A stretch of 64,000 nt of DNA from Candidatus Latescibacterota bacterium (GTDB taxonomy: Bacteria > Latescibacterota > UBA2968 > UBA8231): the NCBI GenBank assembly GCA_965223905.1, contig CBDCXV010000010.1, forward strand, positions 1,056,001 to 1,120,000, read 5' to 3'. Positions 9,353 through 19,049 of this stretch are shown in pieces (within the stretch, counting starts at the first letter, position 1; each line of letters begins with the position of its first letter). Below the pieces are notes generated by a model. The model ran no database searches, was not told the DNA's origin, and saw only the letters and a list, made by a program, of their open reading frames with translations. The position numbers and the translations under genes are program-made.

Positions 9353-10246
9353 ATGCTCACGAACCCCGCCTTCCTGCTGATCCAGCTTCTCAACTCCCTG
9401 TCCCTGGGGATGAATCTGTTCATCATCGCCTCGGGACTGTCGCTGATCTTCGGCGTGCTGCGGATCGTCAACTTCGCCCACGGCGCCTTTTTCATGGTCG
9501 GGGCCTACGTCTGCTACGCCGTGGTTGCGCAGACCGCCTCGACGCCGGGCGCTTTCTGGATCGGGGTCGCCGCCGCGGCCGCGGTGCTGGGGCTGCTGGC
9601 GGTTGCCGTCGAACGCCTGCTGCTGCGCCATCTCTACGGGCGCGAGCCGCTGATGCAGCTGCTGTTCACCTTCGCCCTGGTGCTGCTCGCCGGCGACGCC
9701 GTCAAGATGATCTGGGGCACCGATCAGCACAGCGTCTCGTATCCGCCAGGCCTGGACGGGGCCGTCGACCTCGGCATCACCCGCTACCCGTCGTACCTGC
9801 TCTTCCTGTGCGCGGCGGGGCCGGCGGTGGCCGGGATGCTGTGGCTGCTGGTCGAGCGCAGCCCCTGGGGCCGGCTGATCAAGGCCGCGGCCCACGACCG
9901 CGAGATGCTGTCCGCCCTGGGCGTCAACGTGCCCCTCGTGTACACCCTGGTGTTCGCCGCAGGCTCGGCGCTGGCCGGGATCGGCGGGGCCCTTGCCGCC
10001 CCCCGGATCGCCGTCGCCCCGGGCATGGAAGCGACCCTGATCGTCGAGTGCTTCATCATCGTCATCATCGGCGGGCTGGGTTCGCTCAGGGGCAGCTTCA
10101 TCGGCGCCCTCGTCCTCGGTTTCGTCATCTCCTTCGGGTCCGTGGTCGCCCCCGAGGTCGAGCTGGTGCTCCCCTACGTGCTGATGCTGGGGATCCTGCT
10201 GTGGCGGCCGCACGGGCTCTTCGGCAGGCCGGAGGAAGGCGGATGA
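9353..10246 (+). CDS. livH: ABC permease, LivH-like
   Basis: GLSLIFGVLRIVNFAHGAF and IIGGLGS motifs. Confidence 0.9.
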   Translation: MLTNPAFLLIQLLNSLSLGMNLFIIASGLSLIFGVLRIVNFAHGAFFMVGAYVCYAVVAQTASTPGAFWIGVAAAAAVLGLLAVAVERLLLRHLYGREPLMQLLFTFALVLLAGDAVKMIWGTDQHSVSYPPGLDGAVDLGITRYPSYLLFLCAAGPAVAGMLWLLVERSPWGRLIKAAAHDREMLSALGVNVPLVYTLVFAAGSALAGIGGALAAPRIAVAPGMEATLIVECFIIVIIGGLGSLRGSFIGALVLGFVISFGSVVAPEVELVLPYVLMLGILLWRPHGLFGRPEEGG

Positions 10247-11160
10247 GACGCGCCCTCCTGCTCGTCGCGGGGGCGCTGGCGCTCGCCGGCGTCCCCCTGG
10301 CCGGGTCAAACTACCTGGTCGACCTGACCACGGAAATCGCCATTTACGTTCTCTTCGCCACCAGCCTGAACGTGCTCGTGGGGTACGCCGGCAACGTCTC
10401 CTTCGGCCACGCCGCCTACTTCGCCCTCGGCGGCTACAGCTGTGCCATCCTGCTGACCACCTGCGACTGGCCTCTCTACGTCAGCCTGCCTGCCGCGATC
10501 CTGTTCTGCGCCATCTGCGCCGCTGCGGTCGGGTTCTTCTGCGTGAGGCTCACCGACATCTACTTCGCCATGCTGACCCTGGCCTTCGCCATGCTGGTCT
10601 GGTCGGTCGCCTTCAAGTGGCGCTCGCTGACCGGCGGGGACGACGGCTTCGTCGGCGTCACCCTGCCCGATGCCCTGACCTCGCGGACCCTCTTCTACTA
10701 CTTCTGCCAGCTCCTGGTCTGGGGGTCGATCGCCGCCCTGTGGGGGATCTGCCGCTCGCCGTTCGGGCGCGTGCTGACGGCGATCCGCGAGAACCGCGGC
10801 CGCGCCGAGTTCCTCGGCGTCGACACCCGCCTGATGAGGTGGGCCGCCTTCGTCGTGGCTGGGACCTTCGCCGGCCTGGCCGGGGCCCTGTTCGCGATGT
10901 ACAACCGCGGCATGTACGTCGAGTCGGCGTTCTGGCCGGAGTCGGCGCAGGTACTGATCATGGTGCTGCTGGGCGGCATGTACTCCTTCTTCGGGCCGGC
11001 CCTCGGGGCCGCGGTCCTCTACCTGCTCGAGCAGTTCGCCAACCAGGTCACCGAGTACTGGCCCGCGGTTCTCGGGGTCATTCTGCTCGCGGTCGTGCTC
11101 GCCGCCCCCGAGGGGCTCGCCGGCCTGGCGCGCCGCCGGCGCCGCCGCGGAGGAGACTGA
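10243..11160 (+). CDS. livM: ABC permease, LivM-like
   Basis: GYAGNVSFGHAAYF, YFAMLTLAF, TGGDDG, AIRENRGRA; ATGA coupling to livH. Confidence 0.9.
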   Translation: MRRALLLVAGALALAGVPLAGSNYLVDLTTEIAIYVLFATSLNVLVGYAGNVSFGHAAYFALGGYSCAILLTTCDWPLYVSLPAAILFCAICAAAVGFFCVRLTDIYFAMLTLAFAMLVWSVAFKWRSLTGGDDGFVGVTLPDALTSRTLFYYFCQLLVWGSIAALWGICRSPFGRVLTAIRENRGRAEFLGVDTRLMRWAAFVVAGTFAGLAGALFAMYNRGMYVESAFWPESAQVLIMVLLGGMYSFFGPALGAAVLYLLEQFANQVTEYWPAVLGVILLAVVLAAPEGLAGLARRRRRRGGD

Positions 11161-11164
11161 AGCG

Positions 11165-11899
11165 GTGCTCGAGATCGAGAACCTCCACAAGAGCTTCGAC
11201 GGCTTCGCCGCGGTCGGGGAGGTCAGCCTGACGGTCGCGCCGCGGGAAACCCACGCCGTCATCGGACCGAACGGAGCCGGCAAGACGACGCTGTTCAACC
11301 TCGTCACCGGCCACCTGAAACCGGACCGGGGCAGGGTGAGCTTCTACGGGCAGCCGCTCACCGGACTGCCCCCTCACGAGATCGTGCGCCTCGGCGTCGC
11401 GCGTTCGTTTCAGCGCATCAACATCTTTCCGCGGCTGACGGTCGCCGCCAACGTCGAGGCCGCGGTGATCGCGCAGCAGCGCCGCCAGCTGCGCCTGTTC
11501 GGGACCAGGAGAAAGGCTGGAGCCCTCGCCGAGGAGCTGCTGTCGGTCGTGGGCCTGGGAGGCGAAAGCGGCCGCGTCGCCGGGGAGCTTGCCTACGGAC
11601 AGCAGAAGCAGCTCGAGCTGGCCCTCGCCCTCGCCCTGGAGCCGCACCTGCTGCTGCTCGACGAGCCGACGGCCGGCATGTCCGCGGAGGAGACGAGGCG
11701 GACTACCGGGCTGATCAAGCGCATCCAGGAGGCGCGCGGGCTCAGCCTGCTGTTCACCGAGCACGACATGGAGGTGGTGTTCGGCATCGCCGACCGCATA
11801 TCGGTGCTGCACCACGGCGAGCTGATCGCCTCGGGCACGCCGCGGGAGATCCGGGGCAATCCGAAGGTCAGGCAGGTGTACCTGGGAGAAGAAGAGTGA
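11165..11899 (+). CDS. livG: ABC ATPase, LivG-like
   Basis: GPNGAGKTT, LAYGQQK, LLLLDEPTAG, EHDM. Confidence 0.92.
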   Translation: MLEIENLHKSFDGFAAVGEVSLTVAPRETHAVIGPNGAGKTTLFNLVTGHLKPDRGRVSFYGQPLTGLPPHEIVRLGVARSFQRINIFPRLTVAANVEAAVIAQQRRQLRLFGTRRKAGALAEELLSVVGLGGESGRVAGELAYGQQKQLELALALALEPHLLLLDEPTAGMSAEETRRTTGLIKRIQEARGLSLLFTEHDMEVVFGIADRISVLHHGELIASGTPREIRGNPKVRQVYLGEEE

Positions 11900-12594
11900 C
11901 CCGGCTCCAGGTAACCGACCTGCATGTCTCCTACGGCCTCAGCCGCGTTCTGTCGGGGGTGAGCTTCGAAGTCGGCGAAGGGGAAGTGGTGGCCCTGATG
12001 GGGCGCAACGGCGCCGGGAAGACCACGACCCTGCGCGGTATCATGGGCCTGACCCCGGCGCGCCGCGGCCGGGTCGAGTGGAACGGCAGGGACATCACCG
12101 CGGCCCCGACTCACAGGATCGCGCGCCTGGGGATCGGCTACGTGCCGGAAGAGCGGCGGATATTCCCGGGACTGAGCGTGGAGGAGAACCTGCAGATCGC
12201 GAAAAGGCCCGGGAAAAGGCAACGGGACCCGAATTCGGTGTACGAGCTGTTTCCGGATTTGCGCGAGATCGCCGGGCGGCCCGGCGGCGTGCTGAGCGGC
12301 GGGCAGCAGCAGCTGCTGGCGATCGCCCGCAGCCTCGTCGGGAGCCCGAAGCTGCTGCTGCTCGACGAGCCGTCGGAGGGGTTGGCGCCGATGGTCGTCA
12401 AGGCGATGCAGGAACAGCTCGCCGCACTGAGACAGACCGAGCTTTCCGTGCTGCTGGCGGAGCAGAACCCGCAGTTCGCGCTGGCCCTGAGCGACCGGGT
12501 GCACGTGATGGAGCGGGGCGAGATCCGCTATTCGGCGACGGCTGGGGAGCTCGAGAAGGACGACTCCCGGTTGAGGGAGTACCTGGCGGTCTAG
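11896..12594 (+). CDS. livF: ABC ATPase, LivF-like
   Basis: GRNGAGKTT, LSGGQQQ, LDEPSEGLAP, EQN. Confidence 0.92.
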   Translation: MTRLQVTDLHVSYGLSRVLSGVSFEVGEGEVVALMGRNGAGKTTTLRGIMGLTPARRGRVEWNGRDITAAPTHRIARLGIGYVPEERRIFPGLSVEENLQIAKRPGKRQRDPNSVYELFPDLREIAGRPGGVLSGGQQQLLAIARSLVGSPKLLLLDEPSEGLAPMVVKAMQEQLAALRQTELSVLLAEQNPQFALALSDRVHVMERGEIRYSATAGELEKDDSRLREYLAV

Positions 12595-12757
12595 TCTCCT
12601 GTCCGGAAAAAGATTGCCAAAATCCGGTCGTTGAGGCACCCGGCTCGCAAGGCGGCTGAGCGAATCGTACCGAGGGTGTACGGCGAGCGATGGCAACGCC
12701 GCGAGCCGGAGTGAATCGGCGCCCGAATGGCAAGATATCCATGGGACAGGGCACTAG
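12591..12757. mobile_element. MITE-like element bounded by CTAG, copy 1 (complete)
   Basis: Terminal inverted repeats CTAGTCTCCTGTCC / GGACAGGGCACTAG; internal hairpin CCGGCTCGC...GCGAGCCGG; the core recurs at 24039-24110. Confidence 0.7.
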
Positions 12758-14157
12758 AAACCGGTGGTTGGTTCGGGGCCGACGTCGACGGATAGGGCGA
12801 GCCTGTTGAAGCTGGCGAGCATCAGCTCCCCCTTGACGCCGGCGAGCCGCGGATCGTCCCAGCGGTTGTCGAACTCATCCGGATCCTCCAGCAGGTCGTA
12901 GAGGCGGCCGCTGTTGCGGTTGTGGTGCACGATCAGCTTGTAACGCCTGTCGCGGATCATGGTAGCGTAGCTGCCCTCGAAGGTGGGACGCAGGTGCGGC
13001 GACAGGGTCTGGTCGCGGAAGTACTCGCAGTGCACCCGGTCGCGGTGTTCGGCGGCGGTCCCTTCGAGCAGCCCGTTCAGCGAGATCCCCTGCATGCGCG
13101 GGGGCCGCGCCACCCCGGCGTGGTCGAGCAAGGTCGGGGCCAGGTCGATCAGCTCGACCAGGGCGTCGCTGACCCGGCCGCCGTCAAAGCGCCCCGGCCA
13201 GGAGAGGATCAGCGGCACGCGCACCGAGGCTTCGAAGAAGGCGCACCCCTTGTTGGTGTGGAAGCCGTGGTCGCCGAGAAGCTCGCCGTGGTCCGAGGTG
13301 AAGATGACGATGGTGTCGTCGCGCTGGCCGGCGGCCTCGAGGGCGTCCAGCAGGCGCCCGACGTTGTGGTCGATCAGCTCGATCATGGCGTAGTAGGCCG
13401 CCTTGATCTGCCGGCCTCCCAGCTCCGCGAGCGGAAGCGGCGGTCCGGCGAATCCGTCCACCCCGGCGAACGGACGGTGGGCGTCGACGTCGGAATCCCG
13501 CCACAGCGGCTGCGGCAGGCTGTCTGGATCGTAGCGGCGCAGGTACTCCCCCGGCGGGTCGAACGGCGGGTGCGGGTCGAAGGGGTTGACGCTCAACAGC
13601 CACGGCCCGTCCCGCTCTTCCCGGATGAAATCGATGGCCCTGTCGGCGCACCACGCCGTCTGGTGCAGCTCCGGGGGCATGGTCTCCGGAGCGTCGTTGA
13701 AGGCGCCGAGGTCGTGCCCCTGCTGTTTCAGCCAGTCGGCGTACTCGTGGCCTTCCTCCCAGCGGTCGATGGAGTCGTGGCTCCAGTGGAACACGCGGTA
13801 GCCGTCGTCGCCGCGGGGCTCGATACGCCCCTGGGCGCCGGCGAGGTGGAGCTTTCCCGAGAGGCCGCAGTCGTAGCCGGCGTCGGCGAGCAGCCTGGGC
13901 AGTAGCGGCGCGGCGTCTGCCCAGTAGTCGTTGCCGTTCATGCAGGCGCGCACGCTTCCCGGGTACATGCCGGTGAGAAAGCTGGCGCGGCTCGGGGTGC
14001 AGACCGGGCACTGGGCGAAGGCGTGGGTGAAGGCGACTCCTTCGGCGGCAAGGCGGTCGATGTTGGGGGTGTTGATCCTGTCGTTGTCTAGGCAGTGAAT
14101 GGTGTCCCAGCGCTGCTGGTCGGTGCAGATCCACAGGATGTTGGGTCGATCCGGCAT
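12754..14157 (-). CDS. Cys-type formylglycine-dependent sulfatase
   Basis: PNILWICTDQQR, CTPSRASFLTG, GKLH, PHPPF, FTSDHGE. Confidence 0.95.
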   Translation of the reverse strand: MPDRPNILWICTDQQRWDTIHCLDNDRINTPNIDRLAAEGVAFTHAFAQCPVCTPSRASFLTGMYPGSVRACMNGNDYWADAAPLLPRLLADAGYDCGLSGKLHLAGAQGRIEPRGDDGYRVFHWSHDSIDRWEEGHEYADWLKQQGHDLGAFNDAPETMPPELHQTAWCADRAIDFIREERDGPWLLSVNPFDPHPPFDPPGEYLRRYDPDSLPQPLWRDSDVDAHRPFAGVDGFAGPPLPLAELGGRQIKAAYYAMIELIDHNVGRLLDALEAAGQRDDTIVIFTSDHGELLGDHGFHTNKGCAFFEASVRVPLILSWPGRFDGGRVSDALVELIDLAPTLLDHAGVARPPRMQGISLNGLLEGTAAEHRDRVHCEYFRDQTLSPHLRPTFEGSYATMIRDRRYKLIVHHNRNSGRLYDLLEDPDEFDNRWDDPRLAGVKGELMLASFNRLALSVDVGPEPTTGF

Positions 14158-14606
14158 GAAGGGGGTTTGCTCCCGGATTTCGCGGCTTGGATTTACCCGC
14201 ACGTTCCTACCTTACAGCCGCTTTCCGGCGAGGTCCAACCCTTGCCGGAAAATCGGCCAGTCGAGATTGGCGGGTCTACCAGCGAGCAAGCCACTGCCGC
14301 GGGCCCTTTGTCGCGACGCCGGATCCCGCCCCTTGGCACGGCATTGGATTCGTGCCCACCGGACCGGGCGCGGGATACATTCCCCCCAACGCAATCCGCG
14401 TTTGCGATGCTGAAAGGATCGGCTGAAATTCGCCGGAAGCAGACGCCCACATGCAGACATCGAGTCGATGCTCGACCTGCAGATCCCGTGCGGACCGGCT
14501 TCGACCCAACACGGTCCGGCCAGTCTCGGTACGCCCGGAAAAAGCCCATGGCTGAGCTGCTCGGTACGCAGGCCGGCAACCCAAAGACCATACCCTGGAG
14601 AGAGAA

Positions 14607-15455
14607 ATGGCCACTTCGAAATCCCGCAGCAAGGGAAGGAAACCGCAGCTGATCCTGTTGTCCCCGGCCAAATCGCTCGACTTCGAGACTCCTGCCCCTA
14701 CCGGAAAGGCCGGGGTCCCGCACTTCCTGACGCAGCAGACCGCGGAGCTGGCAGGCCTGCTGAAGGAGAAATCCGCGGTCGAGCTCGCGGACCTGATGAG
14801 CCTGAGCGGGAGGCTGTCGGAGCTGAACTTCCAGCGCTACCAGAGCTTCGATGCCGCCGTTATCGAGAAGCAGGCAAGCCAGAAAGCCGGCAAGGAAGCC
14901 TCCCCGTTGCCGGCCAAGCAGGCGCTGTGGGCCTTCACCGGAGACGTGTACCAGGGGTTCGATGCCGGGTCCCTCAAGCCAAAGGAGATCGGCCGCGCCC
15001 AGGAACGAATCCGCATCCTGTCCGGACTGTACGGGTTTCTCAAGCCTCTCGACCTGATGCTTCCCTACCGGCTCGAGATGGGCACGAAGCTCGAGACCCC
15101 GAAGGGCAGGGACCTGTACCAGTTCTGGGGCGGCGCCATCACCGAGGGGCTCGCCGAGGAGGATCCCGCCTGGGTCTGCAACCTGGCCAGCCAGGAGTAC
15201 TACCGGTCGGTGCGCGAGAAGGAACTGCCCTGTCCGGTGGTGCACCCGGTCTTCAAGGACGAGTCGAAGGGGGAGTTCAAGGTCCTGGGGATGTTCGCCA
15301 AGTACGCGCGCGGACTGATGGCGCGCTGGCTCGTCGACAACGACGTGAGAAAGGCGGAGGACCTGAGGAACTTCGACGCCGGCGGGTACGAGTTCAGCGA
15401 GCCGGAGTCGACCACTGCGAAGCCGGTGTTCAAGCGCGCGGCCGCGGCGAGGTGA
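14607..15455 (+). CDS. yaaA: Peroxide stress protein YaaA
   Basis: LSPAKSLD, FTGDVYQG, ILSGLYG.L.P.D...YRLEMGT, NLASQEY, AKYARGLMAR. Confidence 0.93.
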   Translation: MATSKSRSKGRKPQLILLSPAKSLDFETPAPTGKAGVPHFLTQQTAELAGLLKEKSAVELADLMSLSGRLSELNFQRYQSFDAAVIEKQASQKAGKEASPLPAKQALWAFTGDVYQGFDAGSLKPKEIGRAQERIRILSGLYGFLKPLDLMLPYRLEMGTKLETPKGRDLYQFWGGAITEGLAEEDPAWVCNLASQEYYRSVREKELPCPVVHPVFKDESKGEFKVLGMFAKYARGLMARWLVDNDVRKAEDLRNFDAGGYEFSEPESTTAKPVFKRAAAAR

Positions 15456-15552
15456 GGACGAAGGGGTGAACTTACCGCCGCTCGTCGCCGGACGCCCTGT
15501 TCGCTGGCATGCGTTTTCCCCGCCGCCTCACCAGACCCTTGGATAAACAGAA

Positions 15553-16644
15553 ATGACAGCAAGCGCTCCAAAGGATGCCGTTCCCGGGGGAGTCCCGCAC
15601 CAGGAAGGGGACGACACGATGTTTCTCGCCGGCGCCCGACCGGCGCCCGCGGACGTCGCCGCGGTGCGCACGGTGGTCCGGGACGGCTGGTACAACATGC
15701 CCACCGACCTGGCCCGGTGGCGCGGCTACTACTGGCTCTCGTACCGGCGCGGCACCGGGCACAGCTGCGTCCGCGGCAACAGCTCGGTCATCCTGCTGCG
15801 CTCGAACGACCTGCGCCGCTGGCAACGGGTGCAGCGCTTCGAGCCCCCGGGCGGCATCGTCGACGGCCGCGGCATCGCCGCCGGGCACTTCACCCAGGAC
15901 GAGGACCGACTCTACCTGTTCTTCCCGGTGCAGTTCCCCGGCGACAGCGGCAAGCCGTCGCGCATCTACATGTCCCACACCGAGGACGGGCAGAGCTGGT
16001 CGCCCCCCGAAGTGCTGCGGCTCGGGGACTACTACCCGTACACGTGGCGCGTGCGCCTGCACGGGGGCCGGTTCTACTCGGCGATCTGCTACCTCGAGCA
16101 GGACGAAGGCCCCTTCGACCTGATCGCCAGCGACGACGGGGTGGACTGGCACCGCCATGCGCGCATAGCTGCCGGCCATCCCCGCCGCTTCACCGAGGAG
16201 TCCGACCTGTACTGGTCTCCCGGCGGCGAGTGCTGGTGCATTGTGCGCTCCCACGGGCCGGCCTTGATGTACTGGTCTCACCCTCCATACGAGAGCTGGG
16301 AGGGAAACGTCGATCTCGGGGTGCGCTGCGACGCCCCGGCGATCTGCGCATCGGGGGACCAGGTCTACCTGGCGGGCCGCGTCGCCGCGGAGGGGAATCC
16401 CCACGGCACCACCGGGGTGTACCGGCTGGAGCGCGGGCGGGCGCAGCTGGTGCTCTCGATGCCTGCCGGCGGGGACAGCTCCTATCCAGGGCTGATATCC
16501 CTCGCCCCGGATCGCCTTGCCCTGTCCTACTACTCAGACGTCGCCTACTGGTCGGGGATGGTCGCTCCGAGGCACTTCGAGGCCTACCTGCGCAAGCGCT
16601 CCGAGTGCGACATCTACCTGGCCGAATTCAGGGTGAGTTCCTGA
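15553..16644 (+). CDS. BNR/Asp-box beta-propeller protein (sialidase-like)
   Basis: Asp-box-like SNDLRRW, TEDGQSW and SDDGVDW; GDSSYPG...LSYYS. Confidence 0.7.
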   Translation: MTASAPKDAVPGGVPHQEGDDTMFLAGARPAPADVAAVRTVVRDGWYNMPTDLARWRGYYWLSYRRGTGHSCVRGNSSVILLRSNDLRRWQRVQRFEPPGGIVDGRGIAAGHFTQDEDRLYLFFPVQFPGDSGKPSRIYMSHTEDGQSWSPPEVLRLGDYYPYTWRVRLHGGRFYSAICYLEQDEGPFDLIASDDGVDWHRHARIAAGHPRRFTEESDLYWSPGGECWCIVRSHGPALMYWSHPPYESWEGNVDLGVRCDAPAICASGDQVYLAGRVAAEGNPHGTTGVYRLERGRAQLVLSMPAGGDSSYPGLISLAPDRLALSYYSDVAYWSGMVAPRHFEAYLRKRSECDIYLAEFRVSS

Positions 16645-16842
16645 CCATTACGGGCCTGGAGAGAGGATACCGGCGGCTGAGGCAGCACCGGTTTGCCCGA
16701 AACGGCATTCGGACCCCGGGGGCCCATTCCACTACAAATGCCCTGCGGCCTCCACCTGCGCATATGCCAACCGAAGCAGTTGCAGGGAAACCGGCGAGCC
16801 ATTGCGCGATTGACGCGGTGTAATGACAGGAGGGAGGCAAGG

Positions 16843-17724
16843 ATGACCGAGGCGATCGAGAAACCGGATCCCGGGTACCGGTACGAGTTCTCAATCGGGG
16901 AGCTCGACCTGGTGTCGGCCTGCCTGGAAGCGCACGGCTTCGCGATCATCAAGGATGCGCTGCCCGACGACATCGTCGCCGGACTCGGGAAGGCCGTGTG
17001 GGAAGGCACGGACCCGGACCGCACCCTGGGGCCCGGGGAGTCGCGGACGCGCCACGCCTGGATCGAGTCGGGACCGGGGGCGTGGTCGCTGCTCGAGTAC
17101 GAGCCGTTCATGGAGATCCACCGCCACCTGATCGGCACGGACGAGCTGGCCGTTCACCGCTCCGCTGCCATAATCCGCATGCCGGGGTCGGCGCCGGTAA
17201 ACTGGCACACCGACTGGTGCGGGTTCGCAGGGGGGTCGCCGAAGAACTCAGGCGAGGTCCTCAACCGCGGGTTGTGGCCGTCGGGGAAGTGGTTCTACAT
17301 CACCGGGTCGCGGCCAGTGCACGGAGGTCTCTGCGTCATCGAGGATTCCCACCTCGAGGGCTGGGAGGGCCCGGAAGGGTTCGCCCTGACCGGCGACCGC
17401 CGCTCCTTCTACCCGGAAGGAGAAGAGGAAGCGAACTACGACGGCTTCGAGCTCCCCGGGCTCGTTCCCCTGTTCACGGATCCGGGGGACATGATCGTCT
17501 TCGCCCACCGCACCTATCACGGTGCCTTCGCCAACGACCTCGATGAAGTCCGGCTGTCCTGTGCCATCGGTTTCCGCGACCGCAATCACCGCATCGACGT
17601 CCCCTGGGAAATACCGGAGAGCGGGCAGCGGTTTCTCGCCGACCTTCCGGCGCACCTGCACCGATACGTGGACGGGTACACCAGCATCGATCTCGCGTGG
17701 AGGGGGGAGCAGCCTTCGCGCTGA
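16843..17724 (+). CDS. Phytanoyl-CoA dioxygenase (PhyH)-family Fe/2OG oxygenase
   Basis: HGFAIIKDAL, WHTD, GGLCVIEDSH, PGDMIVF...HG..N....R. Confidence 0.85.
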   Translation: MTEAIEKPDPGYRYEFSIGELDLVSACLEAHGFAIIKDALPDDIVAGLGKAVWEGTDPDRTLGPGESRTRHAWIESGPGAWSLLEYEPFMEIHRHLIGTDELAVHRSAAIIRMPGSAPVNWHTDWCGFAGGSPKNSGEVLNRGLWPSGKWFYITGSRPVHGGLCVIEDSHLEGWEGPEGFALTGDRRSFYPEGEEEANYDGFELPGLVPLFTDPGDMIVFAHRTYHGAFANDLDEVRLSCAIGFRDRNHRIDVPWEIPESGQRFLADLPAHLHRYVDGYTSIDLAWRGEQPSR

Positions 17725-18042
17725 GTCCGGCAGACGAGGGGCGCGGCCGCGGGGCCTTCAGATGGCCGCCGGGGCGGTACCACTTCGAAGGAGCCCCTGC
17801 CGGTCCAGGCCGTGATCGGGCACAGGTACGCCCCCGGGCCGCAGCTCGCGCGGCTGGAGGCCCCCCGGACCCACAGCGTGGCCGGCCATGACGTTCAACT
17901 CCATCCAGTCGCGCCAGGATTCCCCGGGGCGTCCCCCGAACGCCCCGGCAGGGGAGCAGCGCTCCGGGGCTCCCACCAGGACGGCGGCGTGGTTGCGAAT
18001 ACGCGGCCCGCGGCGATTCAAGGTGACGAACAGGTGGAAGGG

Positions 18043-18662
18043 CTAGGCCTCCGCCCGCCCGGCCTGGTAGGAGTAGTTCTCCGCCCCGGTGACCGTGCCG
18101 TCGGGCGTGAAGGTGCGCGCCTCGATCGCGGGAGTCTCCCCTTGCGAGATGCGCTCGAGCACCTCGGTCACGCGCGGCACCACGATCTCGATGGCGCGCC
18201 TCCCCTTCTCCTCGGTGGCGAGCTGGGTGTCGGCGTCGTCGATGTCCTCGACGTGGACGCGCTCCGGGAAGGCGGCGAGGGCAAAGGAGGTTTCGAACTC
18301 GTTGGCGTGTCCGGGAAGGCGCTTGCTGTCCATGAGCGAGTGCGCCTCCTCTTCCGTGTACAGGTCCCAGTAGGAGATGCAGACCACGTTCGCCCTCAGG
18401 AGCTGGCGGTAGCGGATCATCTCCTTGCCCAGGGCGTGCATGTGGCCGCCGTGGCCGTTGAGGACGAGAACGTTGCGGATGCCGGCGCGGGTTATGCTTT
18501 CGCAGATGTCGAATACGTAGTCGAGAAAGGTGCCGACGCGGGTCGTCAGGGTTCCCGGGTGGGGCATGTGATGCTCGGACACCCCGACTTGCACCGTAGG
18601 CGCCACCACTACCTTCGGGTGCAGGGCGAGGGCGGCCTCGTGCGCCACGTGGGTGACCTGTA
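18043..18662 (-). pseudogene. 5'-truncated creatininase-family amidohydrolase
   Basis: GVSEHHMPHPGTL, LNGHGG and GHANEFETS are present; the N-terminal E-x-HG-x-H motif and a start codon are missing. Confidence 0.75.
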
Positions 18663-18900
18663 GCCGCCCTTGCCGGCAGCGGTCTCTTCGCGCGAGCACT
18701 TGCAGATCACCTGGCGCGGCCCCCAGGTCAGGCCCTGGTCGCTGCTGCGCCTGACGACGACGCGCGAGAAAGGGCGCTGGCTGTGGCACATGCTCTCGCG
18801 ATAGGTGCAGACCAGGGTGCCGTCGGCCGCCCGGGCGACGTCGGCGAAGGCCTCGTAGATGTCGTCGTTTCGGGAGACGGTGATTTCTGCATAGTTTGGT
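18663..18900 (-). pseudogene. N-terminal fragment of a BNR/sialidase-like gene
   Basis: EITVSRNDDIYEAFADV...LVCTYRE...RRSSDQGLTWG, in a different frame from the creatininase remnant and ending abruptly. Confidence 0.65.
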
Positions 18901-19049
18901 CGCCGTCGGGGAAGGGTTGGAGTGGGCAGGTCGCAGTAGATCGAGCTCGTTGCCGACCTTCGCGCAGGAGGGAAGAGACAAGATGGCTTGCCGTCCCACC
19001 CCCCGGCAACGAGTGGGATGCGTCTCAATCGAAAAAGGACACGGGAACC

